64,000 bases of DNA from Candidatus Eiseniibacteriota bacterium (GTDB taxonomy: Bacteria > Eisenbacteria > RBG-16-71-46 > JABDJR01): contig CAWANH010000029.1 of the NCBI GenBank assembly GCA_963783375.1, forward strand, positions 576,001 through 640,000, read 5' to 3'. Shown piece after piece: positions 51,791 through 62,522 of the stretch. Within the stretch, counting starts at the first letter, position 1. Each line of letters opens with the position of its first letter. Made by a program: the position numbers and the translations under genes. Below the pieces are notes generated by a model that saw only the letters and a list, made by a program, of their open reading frames with translations, searched no databases and had not been told where the DNA came from.

Positions 51791-52929
51791 GCCGCCGTCA
51801 CGCGCGCCTCTTCCGATCGGCGTCCGTTCTGGCCCTCGCCCTCATCCCCGCCGCGGCGGCGGCCAGCTCGGGAACGGTGCGCGTCCCCGGGAGCTACCGC
51901 ACCTGGACGGTGAAACAGGACGGGACCGAGACCTCGATCAGCCAGTTCCACCTCCCCCTGGTTGTAACCGCCGGCCTCGGCCGTGGGACCGACCTCGTGG
52001 TCTCGGGTTCCGGGGCCTTCGCCTCGACGGATCCCTCCGGCGCCTCGTCGAATTCCCTGAACGGCTTGACCGACGTCACCGCGCAGCTCTTCATGCGCCT
52101 CGCCGGCGATCGATTCCTGATCCACGCCGGGGCCGGGCTTCCCACCGGGAAGACCGAACTCGACGACCGGGAGATCGTGGTGGCCCGCAACCTGGCCCTT
52201 CCCGTCCTGGGCTTCAGGGCCAAGGACTACGGAGAAGGCTTGAACCTGAGCGCGGGCGGAGCGGTGGCGTTTCCGCTCTCCGGGACCGCGCGGTTCGCGA
52301 TGGGGGCGGGGTTCGTCCATCGCGGGAGCTACACCCTTTTCGCCGGGGGCGGGGACTACCGCCCGGCCCCCGAGGTCTCGGCGACGGCGGGATTGGACCT
52401 CCAGGGCCGGGGAAAGGGGAGCACCGCTCCCCTCCTCCGCCTCGACGCGGTCTACCGTATCTACGGAAACGACGAGCTCGACGGAGAGACGGTCTTCGAG
52501 GAAGGAAACCAACTCGAGCTCCAGGCGGCGGGATCGAGCGGGGGAAGCGGGCTCCGGCTGACCGGCCTCGCCCGCACCGTGCTCAAGGCGGACAACACGG
52601 TGACCGGAGGTCAAGGTCAAACCGTGGAGGCGCTCAAGGCCAGCTCCGGGAACGCGGTGCTCGGCCGGCTCGAAGTCGACCTCCCGGTGGGCACCGCTCT
52701 CCGCGCGGGGATCACCTCGGAGTGGAACCACGTGAGCGGGAGCGACACCCCGGTCTGGAACGGCGATTCCTACGGACTCGGCCCCGTGCTCCGGGCGGCG
52801 CTCGGAGCGCACGCCCGGTTGGAGTTCAACGTCATGCGCCTCGGCGGCACCCTGGACGGCGGCGCGAACCCCGACCTCGACCTCTCCGGCACCTCCATAG
52901 GAGTCACCTTCTCCTGGCGGGCATCATGA
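51787..52929 (+). CDS. Putative outer-membrane beta-barrel protein
   Basis: Signal peptide, alternating amphipathic strands, GLPTGK motif and an aromatic-rich terminal strand (IGVTFSW); ATGA overlaps on both sides. Confidence 0.65.
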   Translation: MSRRHARLFRSASVLALALIPAAAAASSGTVRVPGSYRTWTVKQDGTETSISQFHLPLVVTAGLGRGTDLVVSGSGAFASTDPSGASSNSLNGLTDVTAQLFMRLAGDRFLIHAGAGLPTGKTELDDREIVVARNLALPVLGFRAKDYGEGLNLSAGGAVAFPLSGTARFAMGAGFVHRGSYTLFAGGGDYRPAPEVSATAGLDLQGRGKGSTAPLLRLDAVYRIYGNDELDGETVFEEGNQLELQAAGSSGGSGLRLTGLARTVLKADNTVTGGQGQTVEALKASSGNAVLGRLEVDLPVGTALRAGITSEWNHVSGSDTPVWNGDSYGLGPVLRAALGAHARLEFNVMRLGGTLDGGANPDLDLSGTSIGVTFSWRAS

Positions 52930-55900
52930 GGAACGTCATGCAATTCGGAAATCGAATGATTCCGCTTTCCCGGTTCATCGGGGTCCTTTTCGCCGCCGCT
53001 CTCGGCGCCGCGCTCTTTTCCCTGGGCTGCGGGGACCATGCCGCCACCGGGCCCCGCACCGCGGTGCCGCTGAGGGTGCGGGTGGAGTTCCCGGACGGCG
53101 CTTCGGCCAAGGGAGCGGGACTCACCCCGGCCGCGGTCATCGACCAGGTGCGGGCCTTCGCCTGGGAGGTGGTGGACGACACCACCCAGGTGCTGCGCGA
53201 TCAGGCCTCCCAGGACATCGCCCCCACCGACACCTCGTTCAGCCTGGTGCTGACCGTGCCTCCCGCCCCGCTCTACCGGGTGCGGGTGGAGGCCCGGAGC
53301 GGCAACGTGGTCCACTTCGAAGGCGAGGCCCTCGTGGAGGACGTGGGCTCGGGAGAGACCGCGACCATCAGCCTGGTCCTGGTGGATGCGCTCCCCCCCA
53401 CCGCCCCCACCGGCCTCACCGCGACTCTCTCCACCTTGACCAGCGTCGATCTGAGCTGGACGGACAACGCGGAGAACGAGACCCGCTATCGCGTGGAGCG
53501 CCGGATCGGCGCCGAAGGCTCCTTCGCCGAGATAGCGGTCCTGGAGGGCAGCTTCGCCGGAACCGTGACCTATGCCGACAAGAACCTCTCCGAGCGCACT
53601 TCCTACCAGTACCGCGTCCGGGCGCAGGGGGCGGCCGGCTTCTCCGGCTACTCGAACATCGCTTCGGCGCGGACCGGAATCGGCGCCCCCACCGGACTCG
53701 CCGTGGCCCCGCTCACCGATACCTCGCTCCGCATCACCTGGAGCTACTCCTCCGACCCCGGGGGCTTCCAGCTCCAACGCCGGACCGGATCCGGGGCCTG
53801 GGGAACGATGCTCTATCCGGGCGCCTCGGCCCGCGGCTACAACGACGGCGGCCTCCAGCCCAAGACTTCCTACGGCTACCGCCTCCGCGCCTTCGCCGGC
53901 CCCGACACCTCGGTCTGGACGCCGGAGGCGACCGGAAGCACCGAGGACCGCGCCCCGGTCTGCGCTCTCTCCGAGCCCAGCCATGATTTCGGCACTCTGA
54001 CGGTTGGGAACAGCTCCGTGTGGAGCTTCACCATCACCAACACCGGCGGCGGGACTCTGGCCGGAACCGTGGCCCTGGCGAGTTGCGGGAACGGCTTCAG
54101 CCTGACCGACGGCGAGGGACCGTTCAGCCTGACCGCGGGGCAGAGCCGGACGGTGCGCGTCCGGTTCGAACCGACCGTCCCCGGATCCCGCGCCTGCACG
54201 GTGGCCACCGGCCTCGCCTGCACGGTATCGCTCTCCGGGAACGCGGTCACCCTGGGCGCATGCTCGGTGGACCTTCCATCGATCGGGTTCGGAACCCTCG
54301 AGGTCGGTTCCACCGCGGACACGACCTTCGTGATCACCAACACCGGCGGATCGAGCCTCGACGTTCCCCTCGGGGCAAGCGGGGGGGGCTGCCCGGCCTT
54401 CACCCTGGATCCGCCGGCCGGGAACTACAGCCTCGACCCCGGGGCCAGCCTTCCGGTGAAGGTCCACTTCGCGCCCACCCAGGCCGTGACCTACACCTGC
54501 ACGGTCACCGCCGGGAGCGGGTGCTCGGTGGCCTTGAGCGGCGCCGGGCGATTGAGCCCCCTCTGCTCCGTCACCCCCACCACCCTCGACTTCGGCTCCC
54601 GCGAGGCGGGCACCGACAGCCTCCTCTCCTTCCAGATCACCAACGTCGGCGGCGGAACCCTGACCGGGTCGGTGGTCCTGTTCGAGTGCAGCGGCTTCAG
54701 CCTGGAGTCCGGCGGCGGGAACTTCGCCCTGGGGGCGGGGGCGTCGCGGGCGGTGACCGTCCGCTTCTCGCCGGGGCAATCGGGTAGCTACGCCTGCACC
54801 GTGGCCACCGGGACCGACTGCTCGGTGGCCCTCGTGGGCGAGGCGTTCGAGCTTCCGGTCTGCTCGGTGGTCCCGGCCAGCCTGGACTTCGGCACCGTGT
54901 TCACCGACGGGGACAGCGTGCGTAGCGTCACCGTCACCAATCGCGGCGACGGGGTGCTGAGCGGCGCGGCGACCCTGGGCGAGTGCAGTGGGTTCACCCT
55001 GAGCTCGGGGAGCGGCGCGTTCAGCCTGGGAGCGGGCGAGTCGCGGTCGATCGACATCGAGTTCGCCCCCCCCACCGCCGGTCCCTTCGCCTGCCAGCTC
55101 GACCTGGGAACGGACTGCGATCCGGTCGCCCTCACCGGGACCGGGGAACTCCCCCCCGCGTGCACGATCGAGCCCCAGGCCCTGGTGTTCGACACCCTCG
55201 ACGTCGAGACCTCCCAGGTCAAGAGCTTCACCATCACCAACACCGGGGGCGGAACCGTCGAGGGCACGGTGGCCCTGCCCGAGTGCACCGAGTTCACCCT
55301 CGACTCCGGAGCGGGCGGCTTCAGCCTGGGGGCGGGCGAGTCCCACACCGTGAGCGTCCGGTTCAGTCCGCTCATCCCCGGGGGCGTGGCCTGCGAGGTC
55401 ACCACCGGCACCCAGTGCTTCCAGGTCCCGGTCGCCGGCGCAGGACGGCTTCCCCCCTACTGCACCCTCGACACCTACTCCCTCGACTTCGGCGCCCCCC
55501 AGCCCGGGACGCCGGTCCAGCGGAGCTTCACCATCACCAACGACGGGGGCGGGTTCTTGACCGGCTCGGCAACCGAGAGCTGCCCCGACTTCTCGATCGT
55601 CTCCGGCGGGGGTCCGTTCAGCCTGGGGGCCCAGCAGAGCCGCCGGGTCACGGTGGAATACAACAGCACGTCCGCCGCCGGGGGGAGCTGCAGCGTGGAC
55701 CTGGGCACCGACTGCGGCTCGGTGTCGTGCACGGCGGCGGGGGTGCCGGAGTGCTCGGTGAGCCCCGCCACCCTGAACTTCGGCACCATACCCGCCGGGA
55801 CCGTCGCCGATCGTACCCTCACCGTCACCAACAGCGGGGGTGGCGTCCTGAGCGGCTCGGTGAGCGAGAACTGCGCCGAGTTCACGGTGTTCCAGGCGGG

Positions 55901-56413
55901 AGTGGGAGCGCCGTCGGCCCCCGCCTCCCCCGAGGCCAGCGTCCCCTATTCCCTGGCAGCCGGACAGAGCATCGACGTGACCGTCCGGTTCCAGCCCAAG
56001 ACCGGCGGGTCCTACAACTGCACCATCCTCGCCGGGGATCAGTGCATCGGGGTTCAGGCGGTGGGGAACGCCGCGGTGTGCTCGATCTCGCCGGGGACGA
56101 CATCGACATGGGGTACACGTACTACACGGGGGACTCGGCTACCAGCTGGTGACGATCACCAACACCGGGGCGGGCATCCTGGCCGGGGCTACCGACCGAG
56201 AGCTGCCCGAATTTCTCGCTCACCGACTACACCTACGAAAACCCGGTGAGTTCCTTCGCCCTCGGGCCGGGCCAGTCCTACAGCTTCGTGATCTGGTTCA
56301 CCGCCCCCGTCGACTTCGGGACCTATAACTGCACGGTCAGCCTCGGGCCGAACTGCCCGAGCATCGTGTGCACCGTGAACCACTCCTGCCTCGGAAAGCC
56401 GGGGAAGCGATGA
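52926..56413 (+). CDS. Large lipoprotein: 2 fibronectin type III domains plus about 8 Cys-rich Ig-like (ASH/choice-of-anchor D type) repeats; frameshifts at about 56090-56200
   Basis: Lipobox SLGC; FN3 motifs (APTGL, LSWTDNAENE, YQYRVRA); repeats of DFG...FTITNTGGG.L.G...F.L.AG.S..V.VRF.P. The eighth repeat continues in shifted frames to TGA 56411-56413, overlapping the next ATG. Confidence 0.8.
53953..56380 (+). repeat. Intragenic repeats of about 300 bp encoding the Ig-like domains
   Basis: Recurrent ttcaccatcaccaac...ggcgg and ttcagcctgggggc segments at about 300-nt period. Confidence 0.75.
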
Positions 56414-58201
56414 GCGCGAACCGAATCCCGGGACCGGACACCCCGCTGGATCTGCTGATCCTGGCCGATCTCGTTCCGGAAGGCGCGGCCGATGCCCCCC
56501 TCCGCGCCCGCCCCCACCGGGTGGACGCGGCGGGCTTCGCCGAGCTGTTGCGGACGACCGCCCCCACCGTGTCCATCGTGACCGGGGACGGGGAGACGAT
56601 CGCGCTCCGGTTCGACGAGCTCCGCGCCTTCCGCCCCGAGGCCCTGGCCGCCGCCCTACCCGGGCTCCGGGGCCTGACCGCGGTCCACCGGATCCTCGAG
56701 GACCTCCACCGCGGGCGGATCGATCTCACCAAGGCCCTGGCCGAGCTGGACGCCCGCGCCGAAACCGTCCCCGGGGTGAAGGCGGTGCGGAAGGCGCTGG
56801 CCGGCGGCGCGTCCCCGGAGGGGAAGGCGTCGCCCGAGCCACCCCCACCCGCGACCCCGGCCCCTCCCCCGGCGGAGGGCGGGCTTTTCGACCTGGTGGA
56901 CGTGGACGCCTCCACCGCCCCCACCGAACCGGAAGCCCCGGCCAAGGCCCTCGACCGGCTGGTTCGCGAGATCGCCGGCGGCGGGGTGGCTCTGAACCGC
57001 GACCGCCTCGGCCGGCTCACCGCCCGCCTGGACGAGGCCTCGGCGCGACGGCCTCCGCGGCGTCCTTCACCACCCCGCGGTGCGAAACCTGGAAGCGGCG
57101 TGGCGCGGGCTCGATTTTCTCCTCCGGCGGATCGACCCGCGCTCCGGGGTTCGCGTTCACGTCCTGGCCGCGCCGGCCGGCGGACGCGTGGAGGCGTTCC
57201 GGGAACTCCTCCTTCCCCTGGCCGCGGAGATCCGCGAGGAGGCCCGAACCGCGGTGGCGCTGGTGGACGCCGAGTTCGGGGGCGGCCCCGACTCCCTGGC
57301 CGAGGCCCGCGAGCTCGCCGCCCTGGCCGAGGAGGCCCGGACCCCGCTCGTCGCCTCCGCCGATCCCCGGCTCCTGGGCCTCGATTCGTGGAAAGCGATC
57401 CAGTCCCTGGGTCCGGTGGACGAGATGCTCCACGACGCCCCGCCCGCCGGCTGGGCCGCCCTCCGGGGCGACCCCGCCGCCCGGTGGCTGACCCTGGCCG
57501 CCAACCCGTACCTTCTCCGCCTCTCCTACGGGGCGGATCTGGACCGGGTGAAGGGGTTCGCCTTCGAGGAAAACCCCGGCCCCGGCGATCCGACCTACCT
57601 CTGGGGACGGCCGGGCTGGATCGTGGTCGCCCTGATCGCCCTCGGCGCGATCCGGGACGGCTGGGGCGCGGCGATCACCGGCCCCGCCGCCGCCCTGGAG
57701 GTGACCGATCTCCCGGTCCGTCCGCTGGCCCTTCGCGGCGGAGACCCGGTCCAGATCCCCCTGGAGATGCTCCTCCCCGAGAACCGCGTGCTGGAGCTCT
57801 CCCGCGCCGGTCTGGCCGCGCTGGCCTGCGCGCGAAACCGCGACCATGCCTTCCTTCCGAGCGCGCCTTCCACCGCGGCGCCCGCACCTCCCACCGCGGC
57901 CTCGGACCGGCGAACCGAGGCGCTCCGGGTGTCGCTGGCCTACCAGATCTTCACCGCGCGGATCACCGCCCTCCTGGATCACCTGCTGCGTTGGATGGGA
58001 CCCACCCAGGGCCCGGAGGAAACCGCGGCCGGGCTCGCGACCGGGCTCCAGACCCTCACCGCAACCGCGGCCGGACCGGAAGTGGAGGTGGCCGGGGCGG
58101 TGGGCGACGGCGGGACGTCCATCGTGCTTCGCATCGTGCCGCGGGGCGAGCCGGTTCGGGGCCTGCCGGTTCTGGAGCTCCGCCTCCCGGTGGAGCGGTG
58201 A
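56410..58201 (+). CDS. T6SS-type contractile sheath protein, TssB-TssC (VipA-VipB) fusion 1; apparent frameshift near 57040-57052
   Basis: TssB-like LLILADL...LRFDELRAFRPEAL; TssC-like VLHHPAVRNLEAAWRGLDFL, WAALR..PAARWLTL, YLLRLSYG, FAFEE, YLWG and SLAYQ. Confidence 0.8.
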
Positions 58202-58204
58202 TCG

Positions 58205-58678
58205 GTGAGCCTGGACATCGCCCCCACCCAGATGAACTACTACGACGTCTCCGGGACCACCCTGGAGGAGGCGGCCGGCAATCTGGGCCTGCCCGGAGGC
58301 GAGGACGGGCTCACCGAGTTCGACCTCGGGTACGAGTACGACGGCGTGAGCCGGGGCCTTCCCCAGAACTTCATCCTGCACCTTTCGCTGGCCATCACCA
58401 TGCCCCGCTGGTTGGAACGGGACGCCGCCACCACGCCCGAGCAGGCCGAGTGGGACCGGTTCTACGCCGCGCTCCTGGCCCACGAACGGGAGCACGCCTC
58501 GCGGACCCGGGCGGAGGCGCGCCGGGTGCACGCCCGCCTGGCCCGCACCCGGGCCGCCGACCTCGAGGAGCGCTTCCAGGCCGGCAAGCGGGTGATCCAG
58601 CGGGAGAACGACGCGTTCGACGACGCCACCCATCACGGCCAGGTGCCGGCGCCCGGAACGATCATCACGATCCCCTGA
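58205..58678 (+). CDS. DUF922-like Zn-dependent protease
   Basis: Motifs YYDVSGTT, ITMPRW, WDRFYAALLAHEREH (HExxH) and FDDATHHG; no signal peptide. Confidence 0.75.
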   Translation: MSLDIAPTQMNYYDVSGTTLEEAAGNLGLPGGEDGLTEFDLGYEYDGVSRGLPQNFILHLSLAITMPRWLERDAATTPEQAEWDRFYAALLAHEREHASRTRAEARRVHARLARTRAADLEERFQAGKRVIQRENDAFDDATHHGQVPAPGTIITIP

Positions 58679-58709
58679 ACGGGGCCGGCGACCGGCCGGA
58701 GGAACGATC

Positions 58710-60045
58710 ATGAAACCCTTGCCCTGGAAGATCACCGTGTTCTCCGACCTGGGGGGACGGTCCGACCCGCCGGTTCGCGTCCGCGCCGGGGACCTGGACG
58801 AACGCCTGCACGCGATGGGGGTCTCGGCGGCGATCCCGGTGCCCGGAAAAGGAACCGCGACCCTCTCCCCCGAATCCCTCGACGATCTCTCCCCCCGCGC
58901 GCTCCGGGACTTCCTCGGGGTTTCCGGAGAAGCCCTCGACGCCGTCCTCCACGCTCCCGCCTTTCAGGGGCTGGAAGCGGCCTGGCGTGGCCTGGCGCGC
59001 CTCACCGCCGAGGCGGGGGACGAGGTGTCGGTCGAGGTGGCGTCGGCGCCTCGGGGATCGCTGGCCGAGCGTCTGCGGGAGACCGTGCTCGGCCCGGGGC
59101 TCTCCACCGACGCCCCCCCCACCCTGCTGGTCCTGGACTACGACTTCACCCACAAGCCGGCCGACCTGGCTCTGCTCCGGGAGATCGCGGGAATGGCCAA
59201 GGTGCTCCAGGCCCCGGCGGTGGCCGCGGCGAGCGCCGGGCTTCTTCGATCTCCGCCACCTGGCCCACGTCCTCACCCTCCCCGACATGGTGGGGCGTTT
59301 GAACGACCCCGCCCACGCCGGCTGGACCGCGTTCCAGGCCACCGAGGAGGCGCGCTGGCTGGCCCTGACCCTGAACCGCTACCTGGAGCGCGCCCCCTAT
59401 CAGGGCGAGGACCACACCGAGGCCGCCACGGTGGCGAAACCGGAGACCTACCTCTGGGCGCGGGGCGGCTGGCTGGTGGCCACGGCCCTGGCCCGGAGCG
59501 CCCGGGCCCACGGCCACGCCCTGGACATGTCGGGGGGCCGGGGGGGCCGGTTCGACGGGCTTCCGGTCCGGGATTACCCGGTCTCGGCCAACGAAACCGC
59601 ATCCTTGGCCACCGAGGTTCCGATTCCCGACATGAAATCCCAGGAGCTTTCCCGCGCCGCCTTCACCCCGCTGGTGGGCCAGCTTCGCGGCGGGGCGGTG
59701 GTGGTCCCCATCGCGGTGTCGGTGTCGCGGCTCGGCCCGGGACGACTCACCGTGGAGGGGACCCTGGCCTACCAGATCACCGCCGGCCGGCTGGCGCGGT
59801 TCTGCGGCAATCTTCTCGACGCCGCCCCCGGCGGCTCGCCCGACGACGTTGCCGCTTTCTTCAGGGAATCCCTGAGCGCCTTCCTGGGCCCGGTGGGCGG
59901 CGAGGACGCGGTCACCGTGACCCCCACCACCGCCGAAGGCCCGGACGGCCCCCGCCCCATGGCGGAGATCCAGGTGCGCTCCGCGGTGCCCCTGGAGGGA
60001 AAGCCCATCTCGTTCACCTTCCTGCTCCCCCTGGCGCAGGACTGA
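58710..60045 (+). CDS. T6SS-type contractile sheath protein, shorter TssB-TssC fusion 2; apparent frameshift near 59238-59240
   Basis: Motifs PWKITVFSDLGG, SLDDLSP, AVLHAPAFQGLEAAWRGL, LVLDYDFTH..ADLALL, EEARWLAL, YLWARG and TLAYQITAGR. Confidence 0.8.
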
Positions 60046-60055
60046 CGGAGGAACC

Positions 60056-60592
60056 ATGAGCCTCGACCGCGCTTCCCAAGACGATGCTTCTTCCACCCAC
60101 GAGTTCCACGCGGTGGAGCGGGGCGACTCGGTGGAGATCGGGGCCGGGCTGGTGGTGGACGCGCCTCCCGCCGGGGTTCCCGACGCTCCCGCCCGCCTCC
60201 GCCTGGCCTCCGGGCGCCGGGCCGAGTTCGCCCGGGAGGGGGCGGACGACCTCCTCACCGTCTCCGCCGCCGACGGTCGGGTGGAGCTCCGGGTCCGCTT
60301 CACCGAGGCCGGTCCGGTCCTCTCCTTCGAGGCCGCGGGCCTGAAGCTGGCCAGCGTGGGGGAGGTGGCGGTGGAGTGCGACCGCTTCCGGGTGGAGGCG
60401 CGGGAGGCGGTGGAACTCCGTTCGGGGGGATCGATCGAATCCACGGCCGAGGGCGACGCGGTGACGCGCGCGGGAGGCACCGCCCGGGTCGAGGGACGCG
60501 CGGTGGAGGTGCGCTCCCGGCGGGGAGACGTGGACCTCAAGGCCAACGACGACGTCCGGCTCCGCGGGGAGCGGATCAAGCTCAACTGCTGA
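60056..60592 (+). CDS. Small spike-like protein with gp5/VgrG-type C-terminal beta-repeat (DUF6484-like)
   Basis: GGAGG RBS; periodic beta-strands ending LKANDDVRLRGERIKLNC; precedes DUF2169. Confidence 0.55.
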   Translation: MSLDRASQDDASSTHEFHAVERGDSVEIGAGLVVDAPPAGVPDAPARLRLASGRRAEFAREGADDLLTVSAADGRVELRVRFTEAGPVLSFEAAGLKLASVGEVAVECDRFRVEAREAVELRSGGSIESTAEGDAVTRAGGTARVEGRAVEVRSRRGDVDLKANDDVRLRGERIKLNC

Positions 60593-60600
60593 GGCCGCGA

Positions 60601-61634
60601 ATGGACTTCGAGAACACCTCCGCCTTTCCCCGCCGAGCTGGTCCGGAGCGCCCTCTCCACCGACGACCGCGAGCCCATGCTGGCGGTGGTGGTGGTGAAG
60701 GTCACCTACATGGTGGACGCGGCGGGGACCGTCGAGCCGGCCCCGGAGCAGGATCCCATCCGGCTCGAGGCGGAGGAGACCGAGCTGGGGGTGCTCCCGC
60801 CCGACGCCGCGCCGGTCAAGCCCGGCTTCGACGTGCTGGTCCTGGGCCGGGCCCTCGCTCCGGAGGGAAAGCCGGTGCCGCAGATGACTGGTGCGGCTGG
60901 AGGTGGGTGAGGCGGCGCGCGAGCTGGCGGTGTTCGGCGAGCGGCGCTGGGTGAAACGTCCCCCGGAAGGAAAACCGAAGAAGCGGAAGAAGAACGAGCC
61001 GGAGCCGCCGCCGGTCTTCGCGGCCTCGCTCCCCGAGCCCTTCATCGCGCTTCCCCTGACCTACGCCAACGCCTACGGCGGGAAGGCCAAGGTCGGGGTC
61101 TACGAGGCTCCCTTCGCCTACAACCTGGAGGGAAAGGGATTCTGCATGGAGGCCGACGCCGCCGAGGGACTGCCCCTTCCCAACGTGGAGGATCCCCGCG
61201 CGCTGATCCGGAGCTGGGAGGACCAGCCCCGTCCGGCCGGGTTCGCTCCCCTCCCCCTCGGCACCCTCTTCACCGTGGAGCGCGGGGTCACCCACGACGC
61301 GGAGACGAACGAGCAGACCGTGCACCCGGAGGTGTTCCAGAACGCCCATCCCGACCTGGTCTTTCCGGAGGTTCCGCCGGGGACCCCGATCGTCCTCACC
61401 GGCATGACCCCGGAGGGACGCCTCGCCTTCGCCCTCCCCGACCTCCGGGCCTCGGTGACCGTGCGCCTGGGCGAGACGGAATATCATCCCGAGGGGAAGG
61501 TGGACACCCTGACCATCCACCCCGAGGAAGGGCGCATCGTGCTCACCCACCGCACCCCGTTCAAGTACCGGGTGGTGCCGGAGCAGATCCGGACCACCGT
61601 GCTCGCCGTGGAGAGCCCGGGGGGCGCATCATGA
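60601..61634 (+). CDS. DUF2169 T6SS accessory/chaperone protein 1; apparent frameshifts near 60628 and 60888
   Basis: MDFENTSAFP / VVVVKVTY..DAAPVKPGFDVLVLGRA / LAVFGERRW..PEPF..LPLTYANAYGG..LPNVEDP..PAGFAP..FQNAHPDL..VDTLTIHP, spread over three frames. Confidence 0.8.
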
Positions 61635-62521
61635 GCATGCCCACCTTCGCCATCCACACCGTGAACGTCCGGTTGGCCTTTCTCTATGCCACCCACCTGG
61701 ATATCCCCCCGCCCTACACCGCGCCCCCCGCCCCCCTTCCCTTCGTAGAGGTGCCCCACACCTGCTTCTGGGGACCGGGGGCGGCCATGGCCGCGCCCAA
61801 CAAGGTGCTCACCGACAACTTCACCCCCGCTCAGATCGGTCACGACTGCGGGATCGGGGTGATCCACGTGGACATCCCGGTGGGGCCCCTGTGCCCGGTG
61901 GCCATCGCCACCTCCTCCTGCAAGGTGGTGTTCGCCGCCGGCACCGTGCTGTCGGACGGGAAGCCCACCGCCGGGCACTTCCCGCCCCTCATCAACCTGC
62001 TTCAGTGCTTCGTCCCGGTGCCGCTTCCCATCGGGGGCTTCCTCCTGGTGATGAACACGGTGTTCGTGGGGATGACCCTGCTGGACATCTTCATGGGGAT
62101 CGTCCGGATCGCCATCGCCATCGTCATCGCCCTCATCTTCAACAAGCTGGGGAGCTCGGCGGGCAAGATGGGGCAGGCCTGGCAGTGGGTGGGGAAACTG
62201 GGAGAACGGTTCGGGACCAGCTGGGCGGGGGCGATGGGGAACGCCCTCCTCGGCACCCTGGCCGAGGACATGGTGAAGGGCCTCGTCCTGGGTCCGATCA
62301 TGGAGGGCAAGATCGCCCTCCCCTACCAGATCGCCGAGCTGGATCTCACCAACGGCCAGGTCAAGGTGTTCTACTGGAACGTGGGCGGTCCGAACTGGAC
62401 GCCGGCCCAGAATCGATCCGTGGGCGGTCTCCTGGACAGCGCCCAGCAACCTACCGCGGTGCCGAGCGGATCGTCCCCCGCCCAGCAGGCCACCAGCGGC
62501 GTTCCCGTCCTGGGAGGATGA
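61631..62521 (+). CDS. PAAR-like spike-tip domain with hydrophobic C-terminal extension (candidate effector)
   Basis: Pro/Cys/His-rich N-domain (GHDCG..IH, SSCKVVFAAGTV..GKPTA, LLQC..P.P, NTVFVG), then a TM-like helix and a Gly-rich tail; flanked by two DUF2169 genes. Confidence 0.55.
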   Translation: MSMPTFAIHTVNVRLAFLYATHLDIPPPYTAPPAPLPFVEVPHTCFWGPGAAMAAPNKVLTDNFTPAQIGHDCGIGVIHVDIPVGPLCPVAIATSSCKVVFAAGTVLSDGKPTAGHFPPLINLLQCFVPVPLPIGGFLLVMNTVFVGMTLLDIFMGIVRIAIAIVIALIFNKLGSSAGKMGQAWQWVGKLGERFGTSWAGAMGNALLGTLAEDMVKGLVLGPIMEGKIALPYQIAELDLTNGQVKVFYWNVGGPNWTPAQNRSVGGLLDSAQQPTAVPSGSSPAQQATSGVPVLGG

Positions 62522-62522
62522 C

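Noticed and set aside
53953-56380. Periodic DNA repeats as a possible CRISPR array or mobile repeat
   Set aside because: Period of about 300 nt, degenerate at third codon positions and in-frame; these are protein domain repeats, and no cas genes are present.
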